Under the pieces are notes generated by a model that searched no databases, had not been told where the DNA came from, and was given only the letters and a program-made list of their open reading frames with translations. DNA of 54,309 bases from Octopus bimaculoides. Its lineage: Eukaryota. The position numbers were made by a program, and so were the translations under genes. Positions 13,166 through 27,156 of this stretch are shown piece after piece; position 1 is the stretch's first letter; each line of letters begins with the position of its first letter. Location of the stretch: NCBI RefSeq assembly GCF_001194135.2, contig NC_068985.1:60792579-60846887 (forward strand), in the 5' to 3' direction.

Positions 13166-14572
13166 TGGAGGATATATAACCAAAATGATCAAAGATGATA
13201 TTGTGAATGATATAAACTTGTTTAATGGTTGTGAAAAACACACGACATGTTAAATTATTTCCTGTCTGTAAAATGTCTGATTGCACCAGAAGAGAGACAA
13301 TTGAGGTAGAGCCTAGAGGATTATGTACAGCAAGTTGATAGACTAAATGCCACTTTAAGAGCTTAATAGCAATGTTGTAGTAATAGCAGTAGTAGCAGCA
13401 GATATAGTAGTGGATCATATACAAGTACTATAGCAGCAGGAAGAAAAACTCAAGAAAATTAGTCCGGACATGTCTGTTTGATGTCATTACAAAAGTAATT
13501 ATAACAAAATTATAAAAGTCTAGATTTTTCTATTCTTTTTTACTTCTTTTCTTTGTTATTTGCAATATAGTTTCCTGAATTAAAAAGTTATTAATCCCTA
13601 ATTAATGAAATAGAGTACTGCATGGGAAAATGATTTATTTAACTCAAACAAGCTTCCCTTCCTGGTCTCACAAGTTGTGGTTATTGTTGTTCCATGATTA
13701 ACTAGCTCAATGTTGTAGTGAACCAGTTTAAATTTTCCTACATTAATTTCTCTTCTAAACACATATCCGGATAGGGCAGGGTCTTGTCCACCACAGGAAA
13801 TGAAGACACACACATTGTCCACATGCAAAGGTTGGCTGACAGGACATTAATGGCAGATCTTGTTAAACGGGGGCAATGTTGAATGATATAATGATGAAAT
13901 ACACAAGTTGCACTGATCTTCAGGAAGATAAATTCAACTGTGAGCTGTGGTTCAAATTCTGCTCTAGTTTTCTGAGGTCAATTGAACAGTGAAACAAAGC
14001 AGCTCAGTATTGTATCAGATAGTAATACAATGTCTTCAATAACCTTTTATTCTCTTAACATCAATCATTTATGTAGTAATAATATAATGAACTATTTTAA
14101 AATTAACAAATACAAAACCATATGTACATAACAACCTCATCAACTGATATGTGTGGTCCAAACCTGCCAACTCATAGTTAATTATTTTCTATTCAATAAA
14201 CATCTTCAAATAGATTGAAGTACTATATCTAACTTAAAGAAGAAAGAATAACAAAATATATTATTTATCAGTGATATAAAATGCGTAGTGAGGTGGTTGA
14301 ATAGAATAAGAAGGAAATAAGATCACTTACAAACAGAATAGAATAACAGTAAACACTAGTTGTTGTTGGTGATGGATAACATAAAGCACAGGTGTGTTAT
14401 AAAGTAGAGGTGTGGAATATTTATAGGTGAGAAAAGATGTGAAGGTGGATATTATAATTAAATAAAAACAGAGAGATATATATCACAAAAGTATGTTAAC
14501 TGACACAGTCAGACTCAAGGTCTCTCAAAGATTATCTCCCTTGTTTTTGTGATTCAGTCTTTGTTTCATAAG

Positions 14573-14605
<33 letters not shown>

Positions 14606-14628
14606 AGTAAAAGATTAGTATTTAATAT

Positions 14629-14693
<65 letters not shown>

Positions 14694-15187
14694 AGTTAAA
14701 TATTAGTATTTCATATATGTGTGGTTAATAGCCAGTATTACATAATATATAACTAGCAGTATTTCCTATTCCTGCAGTAGTCTAAGAAATGTAGAATATT
14801 CTTTAAAACAACACCACCACCACCACTATCAGAGGTTTTGTTATTAAAACAGAAAAGAACCAAATCTTAGAATATCAGCAGGAAGTGTCACAGCTTGAAG
14901 GAGATAGTTCTGGAATTCTAGCAAATAATTATTCTATAAAATGATAAGAGCTATAGAAGGGGTTTCCTATGGTTTTGCTATTTCTTTTATGTTATTTTAA
15001 ACAAATTATGCTAGAAAGAAGGCAAAAATACAAAATTAAGAAATATTTTGTGTAAATAAATAAGGTTTCTTGCCTTAAAACTAATATCAAAGAATTACTG
15101 GGAATTTCAAGTCAAAGTCTAATCATCTTTAGAATAGTTACAAGGAGAATAAAATAAACTACTACTACTACTGATAATAATAATAAC

Positions 15188-15550
15188 AACAAGAGCACTC
15201 AGAGAGCACAAACCTTCACCAAGACAACACCAATGTCCTTTCAACGATTAGCCGGAGATGATTTTTAAAATAAGAATATTTGAAATAAACTCACCTGCTC
15301 TCACAAAGGAGAATACTAAAAATGAACCTGACCGCTCGCAAAAATTAAGTAAAAAAATCCGGAAAAATAATCCAGTATCTTTGTCCGGTACTAGATTGAT
15401 CCCAAAATCTAATCAGTTTGTGCCAGTCATGAAGCCAAACATCTCTGAAAGTTTCATCCAAATCCATCCAGCAGTTCTTGAGATATCTTGTCCAGAGACA
15501 AACACACAAATGTGACTGAAAACAATACTACGTTAAGGTGGAGGTAATAA
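15188..15550 (+). mobile_element. Helentron-associated (HINE/DINE-1-like) non-autonomous element
   Basis: Starts aacaagagcactcagagagcacaaaccttcacc and ends in a degenerate hairpin aatactacgttaaggtggaggtaataa. The interior (gaaagtttcatccaaatccatccagcagttcttgagatatcttg) is typical of this class as recalled. Confidence 0.6.
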
Positions 15551-16873
15551 TGGTTTCAAATTCTGGCACAAGGCCAGCAATTTCAGGGATGGGTGTAATA
15601 ATGATAACAACAATAAAATTATCTTATTAACTAACTAAATGCAATAAATTCCACTTAAAAAAATAAAAAGTTGAAAGTGATCAATATTTCATTAAATACT
15701 TTTTATTTCTTTTTTCAGGGGAAATAAACATGACCAAGAACTAACAGGTTTTAGTTGATTTAACTGACCTCTATTTAGCTACAAGTCAGCACCAAAAAAC
15801 TTCCAGGGATTACCTTATCTAATGTATCCTTCCTTTCTTAAAATGCTAGGATATGATTTGAGAAAGTTTGTCTGTTATTTCTAGCACATAGAAGCTCTTT
15901 GCTGGTAACAATATGTGAGTGAGAAGCGAGTAGGAAGAGTGGTTGACAAGATTTTCATTTCAGTAGCAAGTAATTTGGCAAGGAAAAGTCAGTTTGCTGA
16001 TGATAAAGTAGAAAGAAAACAGTAACCACTTCAGATAGGAAGAGGAGGATAAAATAATAATAATTCAGGTGTAATTATAGAATACACAGCAGGTAAATAC
16101 TTGTGACCATCCCCTTGTGGGTTACCTTGGAGATTGTCGCATCCATTTAATGAGAAAACTTCAACAATTTCAGCACTAGAAAAACATTTCTGATATCAGC
16201 ACTACAACCACATAACTGTGGAATATCTCCAGTGTCTATCTATCTATCTATCTATCTGCCAATGTCTATCCATTTACCTGACTGTATCTTATCTATCTAT
16301 TCATTTACCTTTCTCTCTCTCTATGTATACCTATACAGTAGAAACTGTTTATCAGATAGAGAGTAGAGGAATTAGAATTGGTTATTGAGAACAACTAGAA
16401 TAGAACACACATATGCACACACACTTTAAAAGACAACTTTTCACAGACTAACCCTAGTAAGGTTGGGGATACATCTAGTTCAATAGTAGGTAGTACACTG
16501 ATGAAATACTAATACTTACACTAATAATATTGGTGTAAACAAATATCGCATCATTTACTATTGCTGCTCCTGTTGAGAGTGCAATTGATGATGGTAGTTG
16601 TTACTGGATTAAGAATACTTACTAGATGTAACGCAATGCTGGGTATAAAGTTATATTGCTGTGTATATAAAAAAATTTTGTTCAGCTCAGTTTTCACAAA
16701 GTTAGTGATTTCGGATATATATATATATATATATATAAGGTTCTTTTTTTCTTTTATTCAATTTTGACTTTAGTAAATACTGAACAGTGATGTGTTTCAG
16801 AAGTTGAGAAAGTGGAATAAGTGTCAGTCTATATACCTGCATGTGTATATAAAAATGTCTGTGTTTGTGTGTG

Positions 16874-16921
<48 letters not shown>

Positions 16922-17321
16922 GTTAACAAACTAGTGGCAGGTTAACAGAATCCTCACAAGTTAACAAGATAGACAGAGAGAAGCAAAGTGACTTCCATAT
17001 AAAACTGAAGACATATTTTGATCCTAAAATTCAATTCAGTGTTGTTCTGTCACTGCATAACAGCAACAAAATTAATACAAAATAGCAATAAGAACAGCAG
17101 CAATACCGATTACAAAATATTTGTTTTAATATAGTTACGAATCCTTAAGAGTTATTTATAAAGACAGGAAAACTGGTATCAAAAGCTTTAATTATTGTTT
17201 ATAAAGATAAAACATAACAACATAACAACAGTGGTTCTGAAGTTTGAGACGTGTGTAATTTAGGGTTTTTGGAGGAAGAAAAAGGGGACATTTTGATGAA
17301 CTACAGCAATAATAAAACATT

Positions 17322-17423
<102 letters not shown>

Positions 17424-18137
17424 TTAATAAAAAATAATGATTATTATAGTTCTTTTTATTAAAATTTCTGTCAAAGTTAATGTTGAAGCTTCTTTCTAAT
17501 GTAGTAATCTATGTGAATATATGAAGAGAGAAAGAAGAGACAAACCAAGATGAAGGGAAACAGTAAATGTAGTAATACCATATTTAGAAAGAGATGTAGT
17601 GTGTTAGGTGTTTGTAGTGTAGCATCACTGCAGTTGACAAATACAGGTGAGACGGAAGAAAATAAAGGTGCATGTTGTAGATTGTATTGTGCAGCAGCTG
17701 TAAAAGACATCTATAAATACACACACACACACACAATTACTCTCGCTCTCTCTCACACACACACACACATATATATATATATACATACACACACGGTCAC
17801 TCATATATACACCTACTCACAGGTAGATACTGGTGTGAGAAAAGAAAAACAAACTTGAAAATAAAACAAAAAGAAAATGGCTTCAGTTTTTGAAGTTGAA
17901 GACAAAAAAGGAAATATTTTGTATAAATGGCTCCCAGGAAACAGTGAGAAGAGTTTGAGGAAGTTGTTGATGGAAATTTTAAAATGTTGCTGATGTTGTT
18001 TGTGGAGGGAAGATAATCAGACATGGAAGGTTTTTGGAACACTGCAAGGAAGAAGTTTTAGTTTGTTTGTACCAACTGTGGAGGTGGCCTAAAGTGGAAG
18101 ATTAGGGCTATTGGAGGTAAACTATGTTGAAAGTATG

Positions 18138-18179
<42 letters not shown>

Positions 18180-19168
18180 TGGAGCGGAGGGAGAAAGATA
18201 GAGATAAACTGACAGACAGATAACAAAATAAGTATATAAATAGAGAGCAACAGAGAAATGCTAAGAAATGATTTGTATGAACTGCTGTTTTTCCCTTATT
18301 TTCTTTGTTAGATGGCTAATTACATTTTTCATTTTACTGATAGTCTAAATATACATACATATAAATGTGTGCGTGTAAAGTCTTTACACATGCAACTAGA
18401 CAATTTACCCTATGAAATTATAAATACAAGTAAGAGAAATATAGAGCTATAATTTGAAAGACAGAAAAAGTACCATTACAGATACGTTAGGAGAATAATC
18501 GACTGAAATAAAAATAATTTAGGCACATCAGTGTTGACATAAAATTCAGGAGTGGAGATTTGTTTGATAGAAATACTCAGAATTTGGTCAAAGAGAGTAT
18601 TATTGGCTTGGTGGAAGTTTGTTGGCATATTCAATACAAAAGCAGAAAAACAGTGGCAATGGTGATGATGATGATGACAACCACAACAACAACAACAACA
18701 AAAACAACAAAGTGAAGAGATATGTAGTAGTTTATCTTCTGGAAAGTTACATTGGTAGTGGTGGGTGAGGGGGATTTGCCTAAATAAAGTTTGATGTCAA
18801 CTCACATACACACATTTGTAAATATTTCAAAAATACAAACAAAAACGTGAAGTTAGAAATAACAATTCTCCAATTATATTTTTTTTCCCCAAAAATTTAA
18901 GTAAAATCCAACGTGTGTACGTGTGTAACTATGTACCAGTGTGTGTGTGAGTGTGTGTGTGTGTACGTATGTGAGATTATGCGTAAGTGTATGTTTATAG
19001 TGAAAGACAGAGGATACACTGATGGTGGTGGTAGTAGTAGTAATCCAAGGCACAGCAGTGAAGTTGGGGGCAGCTGGTTCACTTTAAGACAGGAATTGGT
19101 AAATATCACTGATGACAGGTACATCCACCCAGGTAGCTTAAAGATGTTAAATACTGATAGATGTTGAT

Positions 19169-19215
<47 letters not shown>

Positions 19216-19530
19216 TGTATGTATATACAGAAGAAGTGTGTATATAAGTGTGTGTATGTATAGAGCTGTGTATGTGTGTTTATGTATATGTATGGTTTAT
19301 ATGCACCTTTGTGCAGGTGTATATGTTAGCTCAATGTTTGCCAGTGTGTATATACATATATGTGTATATACAAGCATGTGTTTGTGTGTATAGAGATGTG
19401 TATGTGTTGGTGCCAAAGAGAAGCTGGTGTATGTTGATGACTGAGCTATTGGAGGTGTTGTCTATTGATTGATACAGGCAGTAGCAGTGGATGATTCCAT
19501 TGGGAGGGAAAGGCAGGGGTGTGTGGGTGT

Positions 19531-19650
19531 GAGAGAAGTGTTTGTGGAGAGAGAGAGAGAGAAAGAGAGAGAAGTGTTTGTGGGGAGAGAAAGAGAGAGA
19601 AAAAGAGAGAAGTGTTTGTGGAGAGAGAGAGAGAGAGGGAAGTGTGTGTG
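19531..19650. repeat. Compound repeat: gaagtgtttgtgg spaced by (GA)n, 3-4 units
   Basis: Direct reading. Confidence 0.75.
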
Positions 19651-21825
19651 ATGGGGATAGGAACAGAATTAAAGAGACATAAAGAAACATGAGTGTGAAG
19701 AGGGTGATAGAGAGAGGGAGAAGGAGAGATGAGTAGATATGAAGAAAGAATATAATGAGAAGAGAAAGTCGAAGTGTGTATGTGTGTGTATAAATACACA
19801 CACACACACACATATATAGAGGGATAAAGAGAGATGGATCATTATTATTATTATTGTTATTTTGAGGTCAAATTATGCTGAAGTTGACTTTGCCTTTCAT
19901 CCTTTTGGGATCAATAACATAAGTACCAGTTGAATACTGAGGGTCAATGTAAATGACTTACATCCTTCTCTCCAAGTTGCTGGCTTTGTACCAAAATTTG
20001 AAAGCATTATTGTTGTTTTTATTACTATTATCATCATCATTAATAATCGTTTTAAATTTTGGCACATGGCCAGCAAATCTTTTAGGGGTAGGGAATTAGT
20101 TGATTACGTTGATCTCAGTGCTCAACTGGTACTTATTTTACTGACCACTAAAGAATGAATGACAAAGTCCGCCTTTGCAGTATTTGAACTTCAAATGTAA
20201 ATTTGGAAGAAATGTTGCTGAGAATTTCAACTAGTGTGATTCTGCCAGCTTTCCAGTTATAATAATAATAGTAATAATAAAATTTTATTACCAAAAAGAC
20301 AATGGATAAAAGACTATAGAGGGACTGGTTTCAAAAAATAAGGTGGGGTGAGATTAACATAGAAATTAAATGAATGAGAAAACTGAGAAGATGGTACACA
20401 AAGCACAGAGATGCAGGGCCACTACATAAAAATCATTACTCAAGGTCTCCCACAGAGATGGTCCTGAACACCTAGAGTAAATGTCTTCACAACTATCATT
20501 CCCAAATCAAAAAGCCCAAACATGACAACAGGCCCAGTCATCTGGGCTGCCATGTTCATTATCATCCCCTACCTTAGAACAGAAGGCTCTCCTGTAGATT
20601 TGCTCTAAGTGGAAAGGTTTAGTTGAAGGGTTTAGAGGAAAATGTTTGTCTCTAAATCTTTCCATTGTGTCCAACACACAAGTTCTTTAAACCAGAGCCA
20701 GCAGAAAGATCCAAACTGGAAGGAGGCAGAGTGATATTCACAACTGGATACATAGTACATACAATCATGTGTTTGTGTCTTTGTACTTGTCCTCCCCACT
20801 GCTTGACAACCAATGCTGGTTTGTTTATGTCCCCTCTAACATAGTGGTTCGGCAAAAACAGGCTCGTAGAGTAAATACCAAACTTAAAAATATATAAGTA
20901 CTGGGACTGGTTTGTTTGACTAAACTCTTCAAGGTAATATCCCAGCAAGACTGAAGTCCAGTGACTGAAACAAGTAAAATGGTAGAAATAAAAAAGTGTG
21001 TGTATATGTGTGTCAAATTAAATACACAGCTGAGAGAGCTACAAATAGTTTCATGCTATCATGATCCTTGAACAGGCATATTTGTGAAATATGCCTTGTA
21101 TCTTAAAGCAATCTTTAGATATATGTACACACACTTACACAGTCATACTTATACACACTTCACACTTCAACACAAGCACACACACACATATCATCAACAC
21201 TGTTGTTTTAACTTCTACTTACCCATGCTTGCAGGGGTCAGTCAAGACTCTACTGAGGCAGATATTTCTATGCCCAACCCTCACCTTTGATTGTTATTTT
21301 GTTCTGGTGAACTCCCAAAATCATTCAATGTTTAAAAACTAGTTTTAATAGATACTTCTTTCAAAATCCCTATTTTACTTTTCACACATTAACTTATGTA
21401 TGTTGAACTATGTAAAATGTTAGAAAAAGAAATAAGAAATTTAGCTGTTTCTTGCAAAAAATACATATAAATGCAAAATTTTTTCACAGACCCTTAAAAT
21501 ACTACTGTGGAACCCCAATTTACTATTTTGCTTGAGTGAATCCCACAAAGCCTCTAGTGGTCATACGGGCCCCAGTTAAGAACCACTGGCCTGGACAAAT
21601 TTTCATTGAGGACTTTCAAGAGCCTGGGATCAGCACAGAAAGGTCATGGTGGGTGTGTTGGTGATTGCAAAAATGTAAACAAAATTGTACACTTAAAAAG
21701 TGATATAATGAGACATTCAAAAATCTTAAAGAGGGGAAAGAGACCAAAAAAGAATTTGAAAATGATCCACATTCACCATTACAGTGCATAAACACACACA
21801 TCTTTGCAACAAGTCAGGCAATCAG

Positions 21826-22060
21826 CAAATTGGGCTGATCACTAGGTCCCCATCCACAGTACAACCTGGATCTGGTGCCATCTGACTTTCACTTCATCAG
21901 TTCAATGAAGGACAGTCTTCAGGGACAACAATTTGATGACACAAAGTAAAAGTGATTGTGAAGTGGGTACAACAGTGCTTGCCTACATCTTTCAAAGGGA
22001 ACTTGTGAGATAGAATTAACAATGGTGTAAATGCATCATTGATGATAGAGACTATATTCA
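21826..22060 (+). mobile_element. Old mariner transposase C-terminal fragment
   Basis: Reads TSQAISKLG..PHPQYNLDLVPSDFHF..MKDSLQGQQFDD, a degenerate HPPYSPDLAPSDFHLF motif. Confidence 0.7.
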
Positions 22061-23471
22061 GTAGTATCTTTATATAGTGGAAGAGTTACTCTACCAACAC
22101 AGACAGTTTGAATGATCTGTATAAATTAATAAAAAAGTTATGCCCACTACTACTTTACTTTTGAAATAATCTTCATCCATAAGATGGGCTTTTTCCAGTC
22201 AACTCCTGGCTATTATAGAGAACATCAATCAACAGCAGCCACGCAGTGAGACTGAACCCCAAACCATGGGTTTCAGAAGCAATCTTCTTAACCACATAGC
22301 CATGCTTGCACTATAAATACATGCATATGCATACAATCACAAATGTGCACTCATGCACACACACACACGTATATATGGTAGATATAAGATGGGTGAGTGG
22401 AGCTTGAAGAAGTAGTCAAATTAGGGAGGGAGGAAAGAAGTAAGAGAGGACAACATAGTGGGGAAAACGAAGCTGAAGTGTAATGGAATATATACATACA
22501 CAAAGATGCACAAACATATACATACATGCATGTGGCTGATATTAAACAGAGAAAGTGAACCAGTAAAGTTTACCTGTTACTATAAATAGAAACAGATCAA
22601 TTATTTATTAACACCTTCATTTAAATCAGTTTCAATATATCCCCACCTTCTTCTCTGGTAGAGATTTGGTGGTTTTGACGTTTCTAGAAGAAGGAGCAGT
22701 ATTAATAACTCAAATAATTGTTTTTGAAAGTGCTACCCCAGTATGACCACTAAAACCAGTAACAGATCATAAGAATTACAAAACACACAGAAATAAGGAG
22801 GAAAGTGATATTAATTCTTTTATTCTTTTGTTTTAGTTGTTGCATTAAGCCTATGCTGGGGCACTACCTCGAAAGGCTCAGTCAAATAAATCAACCCCAG
22901 TACTTATTTTACAGGTCTTCTTTTGTTGAACTTCTAAGTTACAGGGATATAAACAAACCAACACTGGTTAACAAATGGTGGACAGGAGACTTACATCTTT
23001 TCTATATATATTCTAAAAAATGTCACGGACAAAAGGTGTGAGAATGAATATCCATTGTCCTAATAAGATTTTACAACAATAAGTCTATTTTATAGATTGG
23101 GAACAACTATTTCAACTATCCAGGATGTGGATGGCTGGAAGCATGAAGGACAGAGTAGTAGAGCAGCTATGGTGGAAACACTGAGCTGCAACAATCAAAG
23201 TGGTGGTGGGGCATACTGAGAGAAGAGTTAAAGGAATACACAGGGAGGAGGTACAGGAAGATTATGATGAGGAGGTGGAAAGTATGAGGGAAAGACAGAA
23301 AGATGGGAGACATTATAAAGCCCAACTGACTTTGCTTGTTAGTTTAAATTAATCTTAAATATATATATGTGAATATATACACACACACACACATATATAT
23401 ATATTATATATGTATGGATATATATTGAACAAGTAGAAAGATAAATTTCTTTTCAACACATAAATACTGAA

Positions 23472-23565
23472 CAGCATATATAAAGGATAAAATCCTTTTA
23501 AGAGCAGAAAAATTTGCCGGCAAATTTTTCTGCTCTTAAAAGGATTTTATCCTTTATATATGCTG
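23472..23565. repeat. Perfect 94-bp palindrome with no spacer
   Basis: 47-bp arms checked base by base; centre gcc|ggc between 23518 and 23519. Confidence 0.97.
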
Positions 23566-23863
23566 ACCAGTATTAACATGTGGAAAAAAAATTTATCGTT
23601 CTACTTGTTCTACAATACGTTTCAACACTTAAAAAAGAAACTTATGTTTGTTTACATATGATGAATATATATATATGTATATATATATATATACATATAT
23701 ATATACAGACAGGACACAGATGTGTGTCGATAGCCAGCTGGAGGAGATGTCCTCCTGGGGCTAAAAGCAACAGTAACATCCACCCCTCGGGGTCAGCCAC
23801 ATTTAAGTGGCAAATATACTTCACTATATTATATNNNNNNNNNNATCATCATCATTATATATA

Positions 23864-24328
23864 ATCATCATCATTGTTTAACGTCTGCTTTCCATGCTGG
23901 CATGGGTTGGACGGTTTGACTGAGGACTAGCAAACCAGATGGTTGCACCAGGCTCCAATCTGATCTGGCAGAGTTTCTACAGCTGGATACCCTTTCTAAC
24001 ACCAACCATCCTGAAAGTGTAGTGGGTGCTTTTACATGCCACTGGCATGAAGGCCAATCAGGTGGTACTGGCGATGGCCATGCTCAAATGGTGTTTTTTG
24101 TGTGCCACTTGTACAGGAGCCAGTCTAGCGGCTCTGGCAACAACCTCGCACGAATGTTGCATTACATGTGCCAGTAACGCGACACTGGTAATGATCATGC
24201 TTAAATGTTGCTTTTTATGTGCCCCCAGCACGGGATCCAGTTAGCGGTCCTGGCAACGATCATGCTCAGATGGTGCTTTTAACATTCCACTGGCACAGAT
24301 GCCAGTCAGGTGGTGTTGTCATCGGCTA
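23864..24328 (-). mobile_element. RTE 3' UTR/tail copy with internal subrepeats of about 60 bp
   Basis: Reverse complement of 32520-32910 (catcatcattgtttaacgtctgctttccatgctggcatgggttggacgg). Confidence 0.75.
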
Positions 24329-24348
24329 TGTCAGTGAATTTGATTTTG

Positions 24349-24385
<37 letters not shown>

Positions 24386-24433
24386 AATGTATATATATAT
24401 ATTATATATATATAAATATATTATATATATATA

Positions 24434-25653
24434 TTAGGTCATCCCATAAGTTCTGTTCAAATTTTGAAGAAAGAAAAGAAGTGATCAAATGTTGTATTTA
24501 ATTGAAATTTAATCATCAATGTACTGATTATCTATGATTTCCTTCCATCTATTTTACAAGCTTTTTAATCCCATCAATGTAAAACTCTTTTGGTTTGAAA
24601 GCGAAGAACTCTAAAATGTCAGTTTCGACCTCCTCCTGGTTTGCGAAAGTTATGTCCCCCAAATGATGCAGTAAACTACGAAACAAATGGTAGTCTGAAG
24701 GAGCAAGGTCAGGAGAATAAGGTGGAAGAAGAATTTTTTCCCAATCAAGCTCTTTGATCTTTTGTGATGTAATCTTTGCAGTGTGGGGTTGTGCATTGTC
24801 CTGATGAAACATCACTCCTTTCTGATTCACTAAAGCAGATTCTTTTTTCTTCAAAACCTGGTTCAAATGCTCTAATTGCTGACAGTAGACTTGAGCATTG
24901 ATTGCTGCAATAGGTGTTAACAATTCAAAGTGAATTACTCCTTTGCAATCTCACCAGATAAAGAGAAGAACACTTTTTCCATGAAGTTCTCTTCTCAGTT
25001 GTGGTTGAGCTTTTTCCCTTTTACCAAAGGAAGAATTCGTGAGAATGGAGAGAAGAGCAGATGTTAACTCAGGACTTGCGGTTGCTTTCGGACAATTCAT
25101 GAGGCATGCATTTTCCAAGTTTAGGAACCTTTCCAAGTTGTTCAAGATGACGATGAACAGTTGTATGGTTTGAACTAAGCTTTATTGCCAATTATTGAAC
25201 TGATAATGCAGGATTTTCTTCAAGTAATGCCTCAAGGAGCTTATCATCAAACTCATCTGGAAGTCCTGTTCGATCTTCATCTTCAAGACTGAAATCTCCA
25301 CTTCTGAATTTTGCAAACCATCTTCTGCAAGTTCTCTCATTCAAGCATTCTTTCCCAGAAACTGAGTGTATTTTGAGTCGCTTCGGCTGCAGCATTTCCT
25401 TTTTTGTACTCATAAAGCATTATGTACCTTAAATGTCCTTTGGATACTTCCATGTTAGCAAGGGTTTTAATCAAAGAAATTTTAATTCTATTATTCTGTA
25501 AAATAATATTTAATTAGTTTAAATGTACACAAATTCTCATAAGGAATCAGTTTATTGATTTTTCACAAATTCTATTAGACATTCTAAAATACCATTAAAT
25601 TTCATTAAATTTTACAAAAGGTAAAATCAGACAGAACTTATAGGATGACCTGA
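24434..25653 (-). mobile_element. Full-length defective mariner (Tc1/mariner DD34D) DNA transposon
   Basis: TIRs ttaggtcatcccataagttctgt / acagaacttataggatgacctga, each flanked by TA. Transposase fragments: HTH (RTCRRWFAKFRSGDFSLEDEDRTG), MPHELS (WVPHEL motif), HQDNAQPH...YSPDLAPSDY with 34 residues between the two Asp. Frameshifts and stops present. Confidence 0.93.
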
Positions 25654-25672
25654 TATATAAATATATTATATA

Positions 25673-26125
25673 TACTAGCAGTATAGTCCAGTTTTGCCTG
25701 AGATTAAGTTAAGATTATTAAGCTAATCAACGTCAAATTTGAGCGAAATCTGTTGAAATTGGTAAACTTTTGACTGAAAATGAGTTGCAGACAACTTCAT
25801 TGGGAAATCCCATAAGGAATCGGTTTATCGATATTTTTTGTTTGTGTTTTTGGAGAACTTAAAGCATTCAAAGATCCCATGAGTCCTAAGTAATGCTGGC
25901 ATCAAGTTTGAACAAAATACATCAAAATTGGTAAAAGTTATGGTTGAAAATGGGGTGTAGCCAATTTTATTGGGAAATCCTGTAAGGAATTGGTTTATCG
26001 ATTATTTTTTTTTATCCCAGTTAAATGGAAAAGCCCATAAGGAATCAGTTTATTGATTTTTCACCCCAAATGGAACTTAACCGAACACAACACTGCTGAT
26101 TCAAACACATCTATATTTATACATT
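25673..26125 (+). mobile_element. Helitron/HINE-like element with three internal subrepeats
   Basis: Starts tactagcagtatagtccag in a TA run; subrepeat gggaaatcccataaggaatcggtttatcgat at about 25801, 25972 and 26027; ends atctatatttatacattaaag. Confidence 0.55.
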
Positions 26126-26817
26126 AAAGTTGGTTTACACACCCAACACAATTCTGCAGAATCAGTGTCATGATGGGAGCGCATGGGTTGGGAGTTTGAT
26201 TGGCAGAGGTTGCAAATGCCAGCCCTTTGAAAAAACCATCCCCATCATCTAACACCCCTTTGCCCATGGGTTGGGAACCCTTCCAGCAAGGAAAACAGAA
26301 TGCCCAAAAGGGCTCCTGATCCTGTGTCAGAAGTGGTTATGTTCAGATCACAACTAAGTCTTAAGTATATATATATATGGGCAACATACACACATGTATG
26401 TACGTACTCCTATTACATACATGTTTTTTGTATGCATACATGTTCATGTGTGTGATTGAAGCCATTCCCACATACATACATAACAAACCCTCTCTCTCTT
26501 CTTGCCTGTCAATCACTCACTAAAAAAGGAAAAAAAAATCTGTTATCTATCGCTCTCTCTCTCTCCACACACACTAACAAAACGACTTCTCATACACACT
26601 ACACTTTCTGTGTTGCACACCCAATGTGTGTATGCGTGTTTGATGGGGTGTGCAACACAGAAAGTGTAGTGTGTATGAGAAGTTGTTTTGTTAGTGTGCG
26701 TGAAGAGAGACAGTGATAACAGATTTTTTTAAATTTCATTTTTTTAGTGAGTGATTCACAAACAAAAAGAGAGAGAGAGGAGTTGTTATGTATGTATTTC
26801 TGTGTAAATGGCTTCAG

Positions 26818-26850
<33 letters not shown>

Positions 26851-26954
26851 AACATGCATGCATACAAAAAACATGTATGCAGTAGGTGTACATACGTGTG
26901 TGTTGCCTGTATATCGACAAAACACATTTTACCTTGATGAAAAAAAAAAAAAAG

Positions 26955-27156
26955 TCTTAACAAAAACTTACTCGTCGCTAGAAGGGAACTTAACTCAATG
27001 TTAAACAATGGTAGATTTCTCCGACTTGAAAATTGTTAAAAGTTTTGGTTGAAAATGAATTTTTACCGCTATTTCCTAGTGCCTTTGGGAAAAATAAGTT
27101 GACGAAAATACAGCTAGGGTCATGACGAATGTCCTCCTAAAATGAGAGCGACATGC
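26955..27156 (+). mobile_element. CpG-retaining member of a related Helitron-like family, cut by an N gap
   Basis: gaaaattgttaaaagttttggttgaaaatg resembles 25923-25950. Confidence 0.4.
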
